A DNA stretch of 64,000 bases from contig OU015569.1 of NCBI GenBank assembly GCA_907165135.1, forward strand, positions 5,890,001-5,954,000. Direction: 5' to 3'. This DNA is from Oikopleura dioica. Lineage: Eukaryota; Animalia; Chordata. Positions 1 through 12,805 of the stretch are shown one piece after another; the stretch's first letter is position 1; every line of letters begins with the position of its first letter. The notes beneath the pieces are model-generated. The model saw only the letters and a program-made list of their open reading frames with translations. It was not told the origin of the DNA and made no database searches. Made by a program: the position numbers and the translations under genes.

Positions 1-929
1 TTCCGAGAAGTGCGTTCTTTGAGCCTTTCCGTTGAAAGAGAAAAACTTTCCATCGAATGTCCTGAAATGAACTCCCGACCAGAAATAACATGTAAAATCC
101 ATTGCAGCTTATTCTTGGTTAACGATCAATCTTTAACAAATTTTATGCATGTTAAACCAATAGCTTCGTCTTTTTCAATAGAGCCAGCTAAATTCGCATT
201 ATCGTCGGTCGTATCGATTGCTGTCAAGCACGGAAAACAAGTTGAGCTATTCAGGGAAATCCAGGAGTACTCATCACCCTTTGAACAGCACTCGTCAAAA
301 GCTATTTGCCCTTCGCTGCTGCCAGCACAAGTTGACGAGGCGACGCATTCACCTGGAAATAAGAATCAATCATAATTTGAAAGTAAAGAAAAGCTAGACA
401 TCTCAAAAACTGACCTAGTGTCGTTGGGGTTCGACAGCTTGCGCCGCTCCACCCTTCGCAGCATTCAGAAACAAGCTCGCGGAGAACGACGTTCTGTTTC
501 ACTTCTGGGCGATAAATGAAACACTCGGCTAAGGCGCCTTCTCGCTTGAAATAGTCCTGTACACCTCTTTCACCTCCATGCTCACTCTGCATACGCGTTT
601 CATCGTATAGCCAGTCGTCGTGAACGGAGCGATACAATTCCAAGCAAGGAACTAGACACTTTGTTAGAAAATGACTTGACTTTCACTTTTTATCGCAAGT
701 TTATTCTTAAAACATCGACGTAACAAGTTCCCGCGTTTCTTTTTCAAAATACGTGTGTATCGGGTTCTAATTAACTCCGTCTTCGTAGAAACAATTTTTT
801 ATTACCAGAATCTTCGAGCCTTGGGCTCACAACAACTTCATAATTTCGCTCTTGCTCTACTTCACACCAGTTGCCGGTCTGAGAGATCAGAGCCGATACC
901 AAAGAAGCAAAAAGTATCAACTCTAACAT
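1..929 (-). CDS. SSPO: SCO-spondin, N-terminal exons (signal peptide, EMI domain, start of VWD1); gene runs off the left edge
   Basis: Exon 929-806 MLELILFASLVSALISQTGNWCEVEQERNYEVVVSPRLEDS, then from 651 VPCLELY...CFIYRPEVK...ECCEGWSGASC, then GECVASSTC...FDECCSKGDEYSW...TCFPC, then TCYFWSGVHFRTFDGKFFSFNG. Motif order matches vertebrate SSPO as recalled (WCEW..PRQEDLVPC, CPIYKP, CCPGWGGAHC, EECC, TCASWSGFHYRTFDG). Confidence 0.85.
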
Positions 930-1998
930 TGGAATCTATCGACTGAGCAAGTCTTCTCAGCTCTCGTCGACTGCGTAATCTGCGGAAAGAGCGCCCTAAA
1001 GTCACGCAAAGAATTAATCAGCTGAATGTCCGACAGGGAAATTTGGATATCACTGGGGGACTTCGCAAACTCGGTCGACATTTAAGCAAATATAAGACGA
1101 TTAATTGTAAAATCGAATATTCCTCTTGATTCTTTTTTCTTGCATTGTTATGATGAAACCAAAATGGCGCATTGATGAAATGTTTTTGCGGCTTATTATG
1201 CAAAGGTTGAGAAACTTATTCAAAATAATAATAATACATATTTTAACTAAGCCAAATTACTTTCTCCTGAAACCGCCAGAAAAGAAGTCTTCCTTGATTC
1301 CAAATGCGATTGACTTATGTGTTATCCTTTTAAATATCATTCTAAGATGAGACAAGCTTCGCAATTATAAATAAATCTTTTGGTCAGTTAGAATACTCCT
1401 TGTGAGTTCGCCGACCACTAGATAACTGTCAATCTTTTCCAACCTTTTGCTGTGGCGGCGGCCAACTATTGTCAACTCAATTCTGATGTTTTGCGATGCG
1501 CTGTGTCAAAATACTAAACTTCAACCCCTGCAATTAACAATCATCTTCGGGTTTTTTCTGATGGGAGGATAGCAAATCCTTTTTATTGCAATTGAATTGT
1601 GTATTTACAGATTGATGAGTTTTTCGAACCGTTTTGCTTTTACGCTGAGAGATTGAATGCAGAAGAAATTATCGGTTGAAATTTGAATATACAAAGTTGG
1701 GTAGTGTAGGGTCGATTGGTTCATTTTCTCCCGGTGTATTTCTTCGTGTTGGAAAAGTGGTCTTCAAGTTGTAGCACCTCCAGAAAGCTGCCCTAGGAAA
1801 GAGTTAAAGCAGAAAAAACTTACCGAGGGCGTTTGCTTGTTGCATCACTCTGTTGTGTATAAATTTTCTTTGTACAAAGTAGCAGCGACTTCAGAACATC
1901 AATTTTACCTAAGAAGAATTCATAAGTACTGGTGCGTGCTATCCCTTATTAATTCCCAGTAAGAATTTCGTTTATTTGTCTCTTTCCGTCTCTAAGAG

Positions 1999-3545
1999 CT
2001 AATTATGAGCTGGAACGTTGGGAGATAAGAATCTTCTACTTTTGATGAAAATGAGATGTGAATGGGAAATTTAGTGAAAGATTAACTTTGATCGATGGAC
2101 GTACCAATCACGATGCCTTGTCGAAGGTCGATCGTCTGTCATAAAGCTGCCGGAGGCAGTGGTGGTACCCGTGACTCCAGCAGACTGAGTGAAGCTCAGT
2201 GCTGGCGGAGGTGGCAGATTGCGCGCTTGAATGCGGGCAATGTGATCTGCGTCCTGGAACTTGGGCTCAGATACATATAAAATAGTCAGACGCGCATTCT
2301 TTCATCGATTACTTATGAATCTATTTGAAATTATCATATCGTTATATTACGGTATTTGACTCGTCTAGAGAATGTGTATTTGAACCCGGGCCTTTTCTGC
2401 ATTAGGAAGGGTTCGGTATGGTTGGTAGCCAGCTGGTGGCTCCGATGTTGCTGATTGCTCACGGGATACCCAGGCTGCTCGATCAGCTTCTAAAAAGTAG
2501 AATGAAGAGTTGCAAATAACTTAGAAAACCAACCTTTCTGCTTCTTCGTGCGCTTCTGATTTCGCTTTCTGACTTTGAAGATAATAATTACTATCACCAC
2601 GATAAAAAGAAAGAATCCTGCCCCTCCACAGGCTAAGGCAATCATTTCTTTCGTCGACAGAGTAGAAAAGAATGTTAAGACTCCATCATTATTCCCCGGA
2701 GGAGATGTCGCAGAGCCGCCAAGATCTTCTGGCGTTAAGACTCCTAGAATTGCGTTAGTTGCGTAGTTGATATCTTCAAGACGTTTGGTCAGATGCACTT
2801 ACCGAGCGAAGCTTGATTTGGTTTCTTCCAGTCGCCAACGCCGCGGCTAAGGGGAATCTGGACGACTTCTCCAGCTTCATACGCCATGTAATCGGGATAA
2901 GCGGGAGGGTTGAAGGGTTCGAACTGTTCTGCGTGCATTTGTTGATTATAATGTTGCTGCATGGCGTTTTGCTTTGAAAACGTTAAATGGAAGGCTTTCA
3001 GAATTTCTTTTACCTGTTGAAGATTTTGAGGCATAATTGGATAGTGCATGACTGGAGCAGGAGGAGGTGTCGCCGGCGCGTTACGAAGACGGTTTTGCTC
3101 TTCCACCAGTCGGGGATCCATTTTCTGATGGTCCTCGTTGTTTCGGCTAGATTCACAAGATTCAGATACAGTAAAAAGCGGTGGAATTTAAGTTTAGCGT
3201 TTCTTTAACAGCTAGACGCATATTTACACGTTCACTAAAGCGCGATCAATAACCGTTTATCATATTTACCTATCATTTGGGTCATTCCTCCAGGCCTCGT
3301 TTGAGTTTGCGCCTCCCGCAGATTTCAGTTTCGCTTTGGTCTTTGCTTTTCCTACTGCGGCCCCTACTTTTGCTGCGGCTGCCAATTTGCTTTGGTCGAT
3401 TGTCATTCTCCCCTGGCTGTCGGCAGAAATGAACTTTTTGTACTTGGCCACATTTGTTTGTCCGGTTATGGTCCCCACGGGCTTCGCTTTGGCTGATGAT
3501 TTTGCTGTCTTTCCTGGCGCCTTTTTCTTCTTCGGCCCACTAAAA
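1999..3545 (-). CDS. Uncharacterised multi-exon single-pass membrane protein; 5' end not found
   Basis: ORFs 3266-3478, 2789-3121 and 2490-2798 can be joined by short GT-AG introns. TM segment IALACGGAGFFLFIVVIVIIIF is followed by KVRKRNQKR, then Pro-rich tail exons (EADRAAW..., PKFQDADH...). Confidence 0.45.
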
Positions 3546-6500
3546 TATTCACGTTAATCAGAAAGTTATTGCTTTTCACATGAGAACTGAATGCTGAAAC
3601 TGCGATTTGCAAAAGCTAGGATTTGTGATGCGAGTCTAGGAACAACGCTTGAGCTGGCTTATGTCTCTCACTTCCCCTCTTTTTGCGCCGTTCAATTTCA
3701 CACCACAAATCACATTTTGAGCTTCAAATTAAATCCCAACAACGCTCAATACGAAAGCGCCAAATCCATACTTCTACGTAAGAAGCTAATCCAAGGTGAG
3801 GAATAAGCAGCTCTAAATCAGGGCCTAGTCACATCACATGCCAGAAAAGGGGATGCAGCTCACGATAAAAAGAAAATTCCAAGGCTGAAGTTCAACGCCC
3901 TCCTCAAAATAGCAGTCGCCGTCTTATCAAGCAAATCAATTTGTTATATTAAAAATTTCCAAGGTCTAAAAAGTGACCCGTCAAAATTTCGTTTTAATAA
4001 TAGCCATCTTTATCACTTGAAATTGTGATCAGGAACGGACGTGTTTTATGCAAGAAAAAGTGCATTTGTCAGGGCGATGTTCTAAATAAGTCGAATAAGA
4101 GAATGAGACTTTCTTTAAGTGCTCATGTATCCGGTCTGCGATAGTTAAGAAGGATCAATCTTATCCCTGCTTTCTGCTTTTTACTCGCACGCGCTATTGA
4201 ATACAACCTCTTTATCTTAATACAAATCGCTCTCCTTTCAAGAACAATTAGACAAGCTAAAAAATATTTCAGTGAAAAATAGCTCCGACGGCTTTTTGAA
4301 TCAAGAGTCTCGCGCGCTAAAACATTTTGTTTGTTAGAAAAAAGCTTGCTGATAAGGGTAGCGTCTTAGAAGAGAAGTTACAATTCAAATTTAATGAAGG
4401 CTGCGATTTTAGTAATTTTCGACGAATTCTTGGATTTATGTCGTTTGTATCACATAAAATGGAAATGAGTTTCGCCCGGGGCTGGACTGCTCACTTGCAC
4501 GTCCGAGCCCGATGCAGCGCGCTACGTGGAAAGGTCGTCATTGGTCCAAGACACTATGGAACTCTTGGTACTACTATCCCACACGGAGCAGTAAATAACC
4601 ATACACTTAACCCAAAAACCCAAGCGATAGCTTCTAGACAATGGAAAAATATTAGCTAATCGGTAAATTACTTATTGCCAATAAGTTATTGGAAGTACTT
4701 AGAATCTCGAAATGCGCTACTTTGGCGAGTGTGTTTTTGACCAAATAGTTCTTTGGTAAGATCATGGGCTGCTTTGTTTTTGATAATTATGCGGATTTGA
4801 TATTAAAGGTTAATCAACGAGTGTCTCCCTCTAAGTCCGCTTGACGAGATAAACACAGTCGCCTGAGATATTTCTCACTCTATCTCTTTATTTTCTTTTA
4901 CGTTGTGAAACTGAAGCTGTGAGAGGGCTTAATGTTGAGCTAAGGTGCGATCGAAAGTTGCGAAAGTTCACCCGTGATAAGAACGTCGTCTTTCACGTGT
5001 ACCTAGGCTAGATATACGTTATATCGTTTTGGGGAGCAGTGATAAGAGCTAGAGAGGAGTTACCCGCGCATTCTAGCAAATTTCTCTTAAATGGCTTCTT
5101 TCTTGAAGGGCCAGAACATCTTAATGTTTATCTTAAATTCGTTCGTTTCGCATGTTCCGCTAATTTAAGCTTCTTCGCTTAAAATAAGGGCTGCACGTTT
5201 AATTTTCAAGCATCTTGCTCTGGCGGGCTTGTTTCAGAAAGAATTAATTTCGGATTAATATTTTCGAGTTCTGACATGTCACTTCGTAACGCACAGCTTA
5301 CACGTAGTATTATGATGTTGCTTCTTCCGCAACGAAGAACGTTCTGCAACATGCGCTTTTTGCCCAGAGAAGGCAACGTGCTAATTTATTGTCCATTTAG
5401 CCTTCTCGTTTACCGCTCATGGAAAAAATGAGCACCTCCCAATTGCTGGAATCTCATAACACGCAAATTTTCTGAAGATCTTTGACGATCTTTGACTCTT
5501 TTTCGGTAATCGAAAATCAAAAATTGGGAGAGGAGTCGTGGAGATGATTTTGTCAAGCCAAAATTTCAAAATTTCGCTGAGATCAGCAAGTGACAGGTAG
5601 TGCCATTTTGTGGCTATACTGTTGGCATTTAAGGCCGAAATTTGGATCCACGCGAAAAAGTCTGAAGTGGAGCTAAGCTCTAAATTTAGTTGTAGCTGGA
5701 CAGTTATTTTAGCCTGGCGCGGGTCTTCCTTATTCGATCCCACCTCCTAATAATAATTAAATCGTACTAAGCGGCGACGCACGTTGAGAAAGAACGTCTA
5801 ATCAAAGAACACTATTATGAATAATTGCTCCATTCTAGCTAGTTTTGCTCATTTTGTTATGTTAGAAAGAGAGTTAAACTGCCCTAAGCCGACTTATACG
5901 GGTACTTGTGGCCGTTTTGGCGGAACAACTCAATTCCGACACTTTGTTCAGCCTAAAACGTCCGATGGAATTGACCAGTCTTCATTTCTTACTGATTCAC
6001 CAAATCTTAGTTCAATAAAATTCGTTTGGTCGATGGAGATTCAATTCATTATAAATTGAGCATTTATGACTTATTTGTAAAATCATCAACGCTTTCTTGA
6101 GGTTATATTTTCGAAGCAGCATTAATGTGATCTGATATTGCGCTGCTAGTTTAAGTTCATGACTAATTTATGATTTAGAAAATCTTGGAAATGGATGCAT
6201 TGCGTAATAACCGCTCAAATTCGACAGGCAAGTTCGACAGTCCCCTGCTCACTGAAGTGCTATGCTTGCCATTTGGTTGGTTTGATTGCGTTTCGATGCG
6301 AAATGCAACAGCCAAATTTGAGAGATCTTACCCATGAGCGGCGAAAGACCGAATCTTTCCAGTTTTTCGCATTACACGCGGATCTGGTTCTCTTCCTTGT
6401 TTTCCGCTTTTGCTTCTTTTTCTTTGGAGTTGTTGAGCCTCTCTCTCTTATTTTTTCGACCCCTCTTCTGGGGCAGTTCTCTGTCAATTCGACTGACCCA

Positions 6501-9500
6501 TCTTGCTCTGGGTATAAATCTGTTCAGCTGTCCACTCTCTCGGTTGTTATCCAAAAACCAAAATACAAATATTTATACTTATGGGTTAATTTCGTTCGTG
6601 CAAAAAATTTCTTTCTCTTATTCAATAAAAAATCGTTCTTCTTTCCATTCTTTTGCCTATCGTGGCTCAGTAATCGAAGTCTCCACCAAAGGCACAAACT
6701 AGGTGTCGCGCGTGCGCGCACACCACCACCAATCTCACACAGAAATTCTAGCACTCGACTCCTACGCTTTGGTCTTATTGTCTTCTTCCGTTCACGGTAC
6801 TTTGGCCATCGAGCTGTGCATTTGGATACACATGTCAGTACACGATCAGTAGATACTGTTTGTAACATACACGATCAACGGAAACGATCATTAGACCTCA
6901 GTCAAGCTTATTGATCGTGAGCTCACTTTGTTATGGAAAACGAAATCGGCGAAGAAATTCTAGTTACTAAGCGAAAATTTCAGAACTATCAACCGTCTTT
7001 TCGAAGATCGAAAATGAAATCGAAAATAACTTACTTATGCGCACTAATAGTTAAATCAGCTTCGGGGATGTTCCTTGAAAGAGAAGCATTTTTACTCGAG
7101 CAATGAATGGCGCTGGGTTGGCCGTTAATTCTAGAGGGTACAATTTGCTTCTCGAGCAAACTGCGCCCGCCAGGTGCCAATTGCCGCCCGCTTCGGAGTC
7201 TATCCAGTCGCGCTCTACTCCACTCTAATCATTCCTACTCAAGATCTTTGCGCAATGCTCGCTGACAAGGGTGCTTCTTTAGCCAAACAGCAATCCCACT
7301 CTCTCCCACAGCGGCGACCACCCGATCCAGAAGGCGGACCTTTAGAATCCAGCTTGTGCTGAATCAAATATCATTTTTTTTACGCTTGAGTTAACGCCAT
7401 CACAGTGGCTTCTTGAATAAATGATCCCTTTGTTCTCTTTAGAAACGAATCCCGTGATAAAGGTCTTATAGCTATTTTTGATATTGTATTCTAAATTCGA
7501 AAAGGACTATATTTTTACTGAGTTCTTATTTGTTAAAGTTCCTCTTAAAATTAAAGACAAAAATTTGTACAGAAATGCAGTAAAAGAAGATCGAAAACTA
7601 GCTAGAATGTGTCAGTTATTGAGATGATCTTTCGTAGTTTCGGAATCGATGCAAGATACTAGAAAAGGGCTCGTCCAATCGAGAGTGCCCGCGACACTAT
7701 CAATAACGCACTAGTTTTTCGTAAAACCAACTCCCAAGGTTCCCCGAATCTGATTAGCGATCGTATTTTTTAGAGCGAGAACAATTTCCTGACAATAGAA
7801 TATTTATGGCGTTATCTATTCTTGTTTATTAACGTATGTCTAGTACTTGTTGGCCCGATTGGGATTAATGATTGATAACTTTTCGCGAGAGGCGTTATCT
7901 TCATCGAGTAAAGTGCAATATTCTGAGTTTTGGAGATCCAAGCCTCAATTGATGACGGTCATCAGATACTTTCAAGTTCAAAACGTGTTCTGAAGCGCTA
8001 ATATACTCCCGTAACCATATTGTAAAATTTCTTTCTACCCCACGACAAGTCATTTAAAATCCGTCCTAGAGAATTTCGAGGTTGTGTTGTGTGCTACTGG
8101 TATGCATGTGTGTAATAGAACGAACGGGTTCACAGATTTCTGCCAAGTCGCCAGAAAAATCGCGGTTGTGGGAAGCCACAGAGACTCAAGAAATTGCTTT
8201 CAAGTACCGACGGGGTGAAATGTAACCGCTTCAATCAGACGCCTTTTTGTCGACATTTTCGAGGCCCAAGGAGCTGACTTGTCTTTCTGCTGTAAGTTCA
8301 CACGCATTCACCTTTTCACAAATAAACTTTGAGCAAATTGACTTATCGTTTACTCCGATCTTCATAAAGTTTCAAAAAAAAAAATTCACAAAGCGACTTA
8401 GAAAAGTCAAGATTGAAGGACTTCTACGCTTAGATTAGAATCTCACAGTATTTCTAATATGGTGCGAGTAGGAGCCTAAAGACGTACCTTATTTTTCTTA
8501 ATGTTTCGTAAAGGTCACCACGACAGCCGCATTCACTCACTGCGTCGATAATTTTTGACCTCTGGCAGCGCATTTTTGCAAACGAACGCAAACTTTAATA
8601 AACACTCCCTGTTCAATCTATAAACCGCACTTTCTCGTGCGCTGAATTTTCTAGCGCAGAAGATCGAGAATGCAATATTTTCAATTTCTGACGTTTTAAG
8701 AGGCTTAAAACTTCATTTTTAATCAAACGTTGAGTCGAAATGGTAGCCCGTTGAGATGAACCGCGCTTTTTCAATTTATTAGATAACCAGATAAATTCTA
8801 GGGAAGAAAGTTCGAACCTAACTAATCAATTGATCATGTAAAGATTTTTCTTCAATTTGGGAATTCGAATAAAATCGTGACAAGAAGAGGGTTAAAGATC
8901 AACTCAAGTTTTTCATTTTGAGTGAGATAGTAAAAAAAGATGTTGAGAAAAATTAAAAATGAAAACTTGTGCCGGATGGGGCTCGAAGCAAAACCGCCTT
9001 CTGCCGATGCATTTTTAACGATTCTGAATATTGACAGCTTCCATTCCAGAGCTCTACTCAAAAAACAACTCTGTAGTTTTTTGGAGCCTCTCGAGAGTAG
9101 TAAGAAGATAGATGAGATATTGCGATTATCCACACAGTAATCCGCTGAAAATCTACTGGGCGTCAGCCACTGGCTGTAGAAAGGTATTTTCAGGGATGCA
9201 CTCGGCGAAAGCCAAAGAGTAGCGCGAATTTCCGGCGCTAAAAGGGAGGAACTCGAATCCGTTCAAATCAAATACGACGCGTTACACGAAAAATAGTTTC
9301 TCTTTTTAGACAAGCTTTTCCTAGCATTTTTGACATGCTGAAATATGGCTGTGGGATGTTAATCGTTCCTCGCCTGAATTTGAAATCGTATCAATCAAAG
9401 TCAAAGCGAATATAGAGAGTGAATCCTCTAGGGAAACCGCTTGTATCTTGTAGCTGAGATTTTCGCTCATGATTTTCGAGAGCGCGTTCCACTTATCGTT

Positions 9501-9875
9501 GCAAAGAGCAAAACGTAAGGATCGTCTTTTTGCGAATTAACTCAATCTCAGAGTTCATCTCCAATTATGCTAATTGCTGTTTATGCAATTTTCGCGAAAC
9601 GAAAAAGATTCTCACAATTAGCCAAATTCCAAAGTGAAAACTTTTAGAACATTCCAAGGAACTCTCCTGCTATCGCGGCTAAATTTAGACGTGGAGCTGA
9701 GCTTTTACGGTGGCATTTAATAATCGTGCGAATTCCAAAGCGTGTTGTAATAAAGAATGCTGTGAAAAAGTGTTTGCTCTGTTGGAGCCCATTCAGATAC
9801 CCTCGCGCACTTCTGAAGTAAACAATTCTGTCTTAGCATCTAAAACAGAGCAAAAAGAGATAGAATTTTCGGAAA

Positions 9876-10834
9876 ATGGCCGACTCGATTGAGGCTTGTT
9901 TCGATTTGAACGGGACGAACAACATAAGGATATTTTGGGCGTCTGCGCCCTCCAATAGAAAGGTCATTCTGAAAAACAGGGGCGCTACTTTTTTTAATTC
10001 CGATAAACGTGGACGCGAGAGCAAGACAGACTCGTAGAATTGTTTGAATTCGCGACAGAGGTTTAAGGCAAACGGAATTTGTTGCGGATTACTTCTTAAA
10101 ATCTGCGTTCTATCTTCGTTGAAATTTATCTAATCGGAATTTAAGATATCTAGCGAGCAAATGCGACTAAAACAGATAATCGGAGGCGAGCGCCTTGTTT
10201 GCGAATGGATAGGTACGTATTGGCACGCCATCGCTACAGTTTACGAGTACTTACTTCAAGATATAACGACAGACACTGCTCTATTGCATGAGATGAGACA
10301 AAAAAGCGCAATCGAAAAAGCGCTTCCGCCGCAAATTTTCCACGGCGACGAGTATTTGGGGGTAAGCGCATCTACTTATTGGATGCAAATTGCGATAAAT
10401 ATAATAATAAACACGATCCTGTTGGCTCTAATTGCATTTGGCGAAGAAAGATTTTTTAGAACGTGGAAGCATTAAACGAAGCGGTCGAGGATGGCAATCT
10501 CTGGGGCTTTCTCAGACTGGATAGACAACGGTAAGCCAAGTGAAATCAAGGAAGAGGGAGGAAGTCCTTACCATTCAGAGCGGTGAGATACAGAGAAATC
10601 GGCGGCGGAAAGTACGAAATCGTAGATCCGACAGCCGCGTTGGTCGACGCCTGCTTCGATAAGATGGCAGAAGAGGTTTCTCAAGCCGCTGTTCGAGGAG
10701 AAGAAAGCGAACCGATGCCAGCACCTCCCGTTAAACCAGCCGGTGGTGTCGCCATGCCTTGTATGGGCACTCAAAGCACTCTAAGACCATTGGATAAAAA
10801 TCTCCAAAAATCATATGACAGATGCACAAAATGA
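9876..10834 (+). CDS. SH3BGRL: SH3BGR-like (glutaredoxin-fold) protein with a C-terminal extension; alternative first exon at 9112-9183
   Basis: Spliced MADS...IRIFWASAPSNRK|ISSEQMRLKQIIGGERLVCEWI|DITTDTALLHEMRQKSAIEKALPPQIFHGDEYLG|NVEALNEAVEDGNLWGFLRL. This follows the SH3BGRL3 pattern (LRVYSTS..DI..LRDEMR..PPQIVNGDQYCGDY..AVE..FL). Confidence 0.75.
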
Positions 10835-12249
10835 TTAACTTTGATTTTCAAACAATTGATGCCTCGGGTTGATCCCATTACTAATTACTCACCACCCGAA
10901 TTAAAACCCGAATGATTTTTATCCGTGATTGGAAAAAACAAAAGTTCCTCGCGCTCAGTCGTTTTCCTCAAAAATTCAGAGCAGTACAAGGCGCCCTACA
11001 GATGAGATTGAAAATGGCGAATCGCCCCTCGACCCTGCACTTTTATTTTATACAGTTTCCGACATGGGTGTAGAAATCTTCGCTGTTGTCTTATACTCTT
11101 TCTTTTCAAAGCCTGAAAACATCGTTACAAAGTATCAATACACACGAAATCCAAACAACTGGTCATTTGCAGCATTATCTCTGACAGGTCGATTGAGATC
11201 TTTTCTATTCTTATCTTAGAGCAATTGTCTCTGGATTTATAGATAATTTACGGCGAGGTTATGTTGTGTCTGTCATGATGTTAGTTAGCGCTCGTTAAAG
11301 AGCGGCTCATTTACGACGCTATCGCAAAATAGTCAGCTCATCGCTCAGCGTCGAATTCAGAGGATTTTCGAAAATTTAGATGCCCAAAAGAATCAGGCTA
11401 AGAGTAAACGACATCTCGGAGCAACAAAAAGATCTAAAAAGGTTACTTTAACTTTAATACTCATCAAACTGCGCTTTAAAAGGCCAAAGGATCATCCAGC
11501 TTCGTGGCTCGTTTTATAGCACGAGCCACTAGTCTTTCTGATATATTTATATTTGTTAGCCTTAAGTTCTCCCTTCTTTTTCCTTCTTAAAAGATACTGA
11601 ATTTTAAAGTCGACAAGCACTCCATATAGAAAAAACACCTTAGCTGGAACACACCAGCTCCGCAAAATCAATAGCACCAGGATATTCAATGAAAAGTCTA
11701 GAGAAGTTTTTGACTTGTACGAATCAGGGCAGCAAATATCGAGAAAGCGTCGCACTTGAACCCCGCCATCTAATTATGTCCCGAAGCAAGGTAAGAACTC
11801 TTCCTTGATTTCGAAGCGACTCGTTTTGTTGCGTTTGAATATGAAGGCTAATTTTGTGAGTGGAGACGTTGAATATGCGTGTTTGCGGGTATTCTCAATT
11901 TGTAATTAATCGTAGCTTAAATGCTCTGAAATGAAGATTTTACTGCTGGAGCCAATGATGCATTCCGAATGATGGATAGATGATTACATATGTAGATTCT
12001 GCTGGCTCGTGTAATTAGCGACGGGAAAGGTGTGCGGCTGGGGCGAGATTCCATTCCCTAGGCGTGCACGCCGGAGGGGCGCGATCCCGAAGAGAATTAA
12101 CCTCTTTTGCTAAAGATTACCGGAGCCTGAATCAGATTCCTACTTCTCGCCAAGATATATAAGTAAGCTGCTGCTGTTGCTACAAGGATTAAAAAATAAG
12201 CTCACTATGTTCATATATGTGACTTAAATTCGGGCACCATATCCTTAAT

Positions 12250-12805
12250 CATGCCACACAAGCTTCTTCACACAAGGGGCCCGGTGCGTGTGTGTTCCAT
12301 CGAGAGAAAGTAACGACCTCGCCAATCGGGACAATGCCAACCTGGCCTCAAGGTAGGAGAGTTAGTTTAGTTTGCCCTAGGGCTCGTGCTAGGTCCACCG
12401 CGGCCGCTCTATTATTTCCAAAAAATAGTCAAAAAACAACGGGAAAAGCCCTCTTGAGAAAGCTAAGCTTCACCGCGTCGCTGAAAATTTTGAAAAAAGT
12501 CGTACTCATAAGTGCGTGCCCAAGACGCATGCCACACAAGCTTCTTCACACAAGGGGCCCGGTGCGTGTGTGTTCCATCGAGAGAAAGTAACGACCTCGC
12601 CAATCGGGACAATGCCAACCTGGCCTCAAGGTAGGAGAGTTAGTTTAGTTTGCCCTAGGGCTCGTGCTAGGTCCACCGCGGCCGCTCTATTATTTCCAAA
12701 AAATAGTCAAAAAACAACGGGAAAAGCCCTCTTGAGAAAGCTAAGCTTCACCGCGTCGCTGAAAATTTTGAAAAAAGTCGTACTCATAAGTGCGTGCCCA
12801 AGACG
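12250..12805. repeat. Tandem direct duplication, 2 x 278 bp (12250-12527 and 12528-12805)
   Basis: Both copies start catgccacacaagcttcttc and end agtgcgtgcccaagacg; no differences seen by eye. Confidence 0.9.

Noticed and set aside
6195-6914. 239-aa plus-strand ORF and overlapping ORFs
   Set aside because: Low-complexity, T/GA-rich composition, several frames open on both strands and no motif; looks like UTR or regulatory DNA.
12250-12805. Possible LTR pair
   Set aside because: The copies are directly adjacent, with no TG..CA ends, internal region or TSD.
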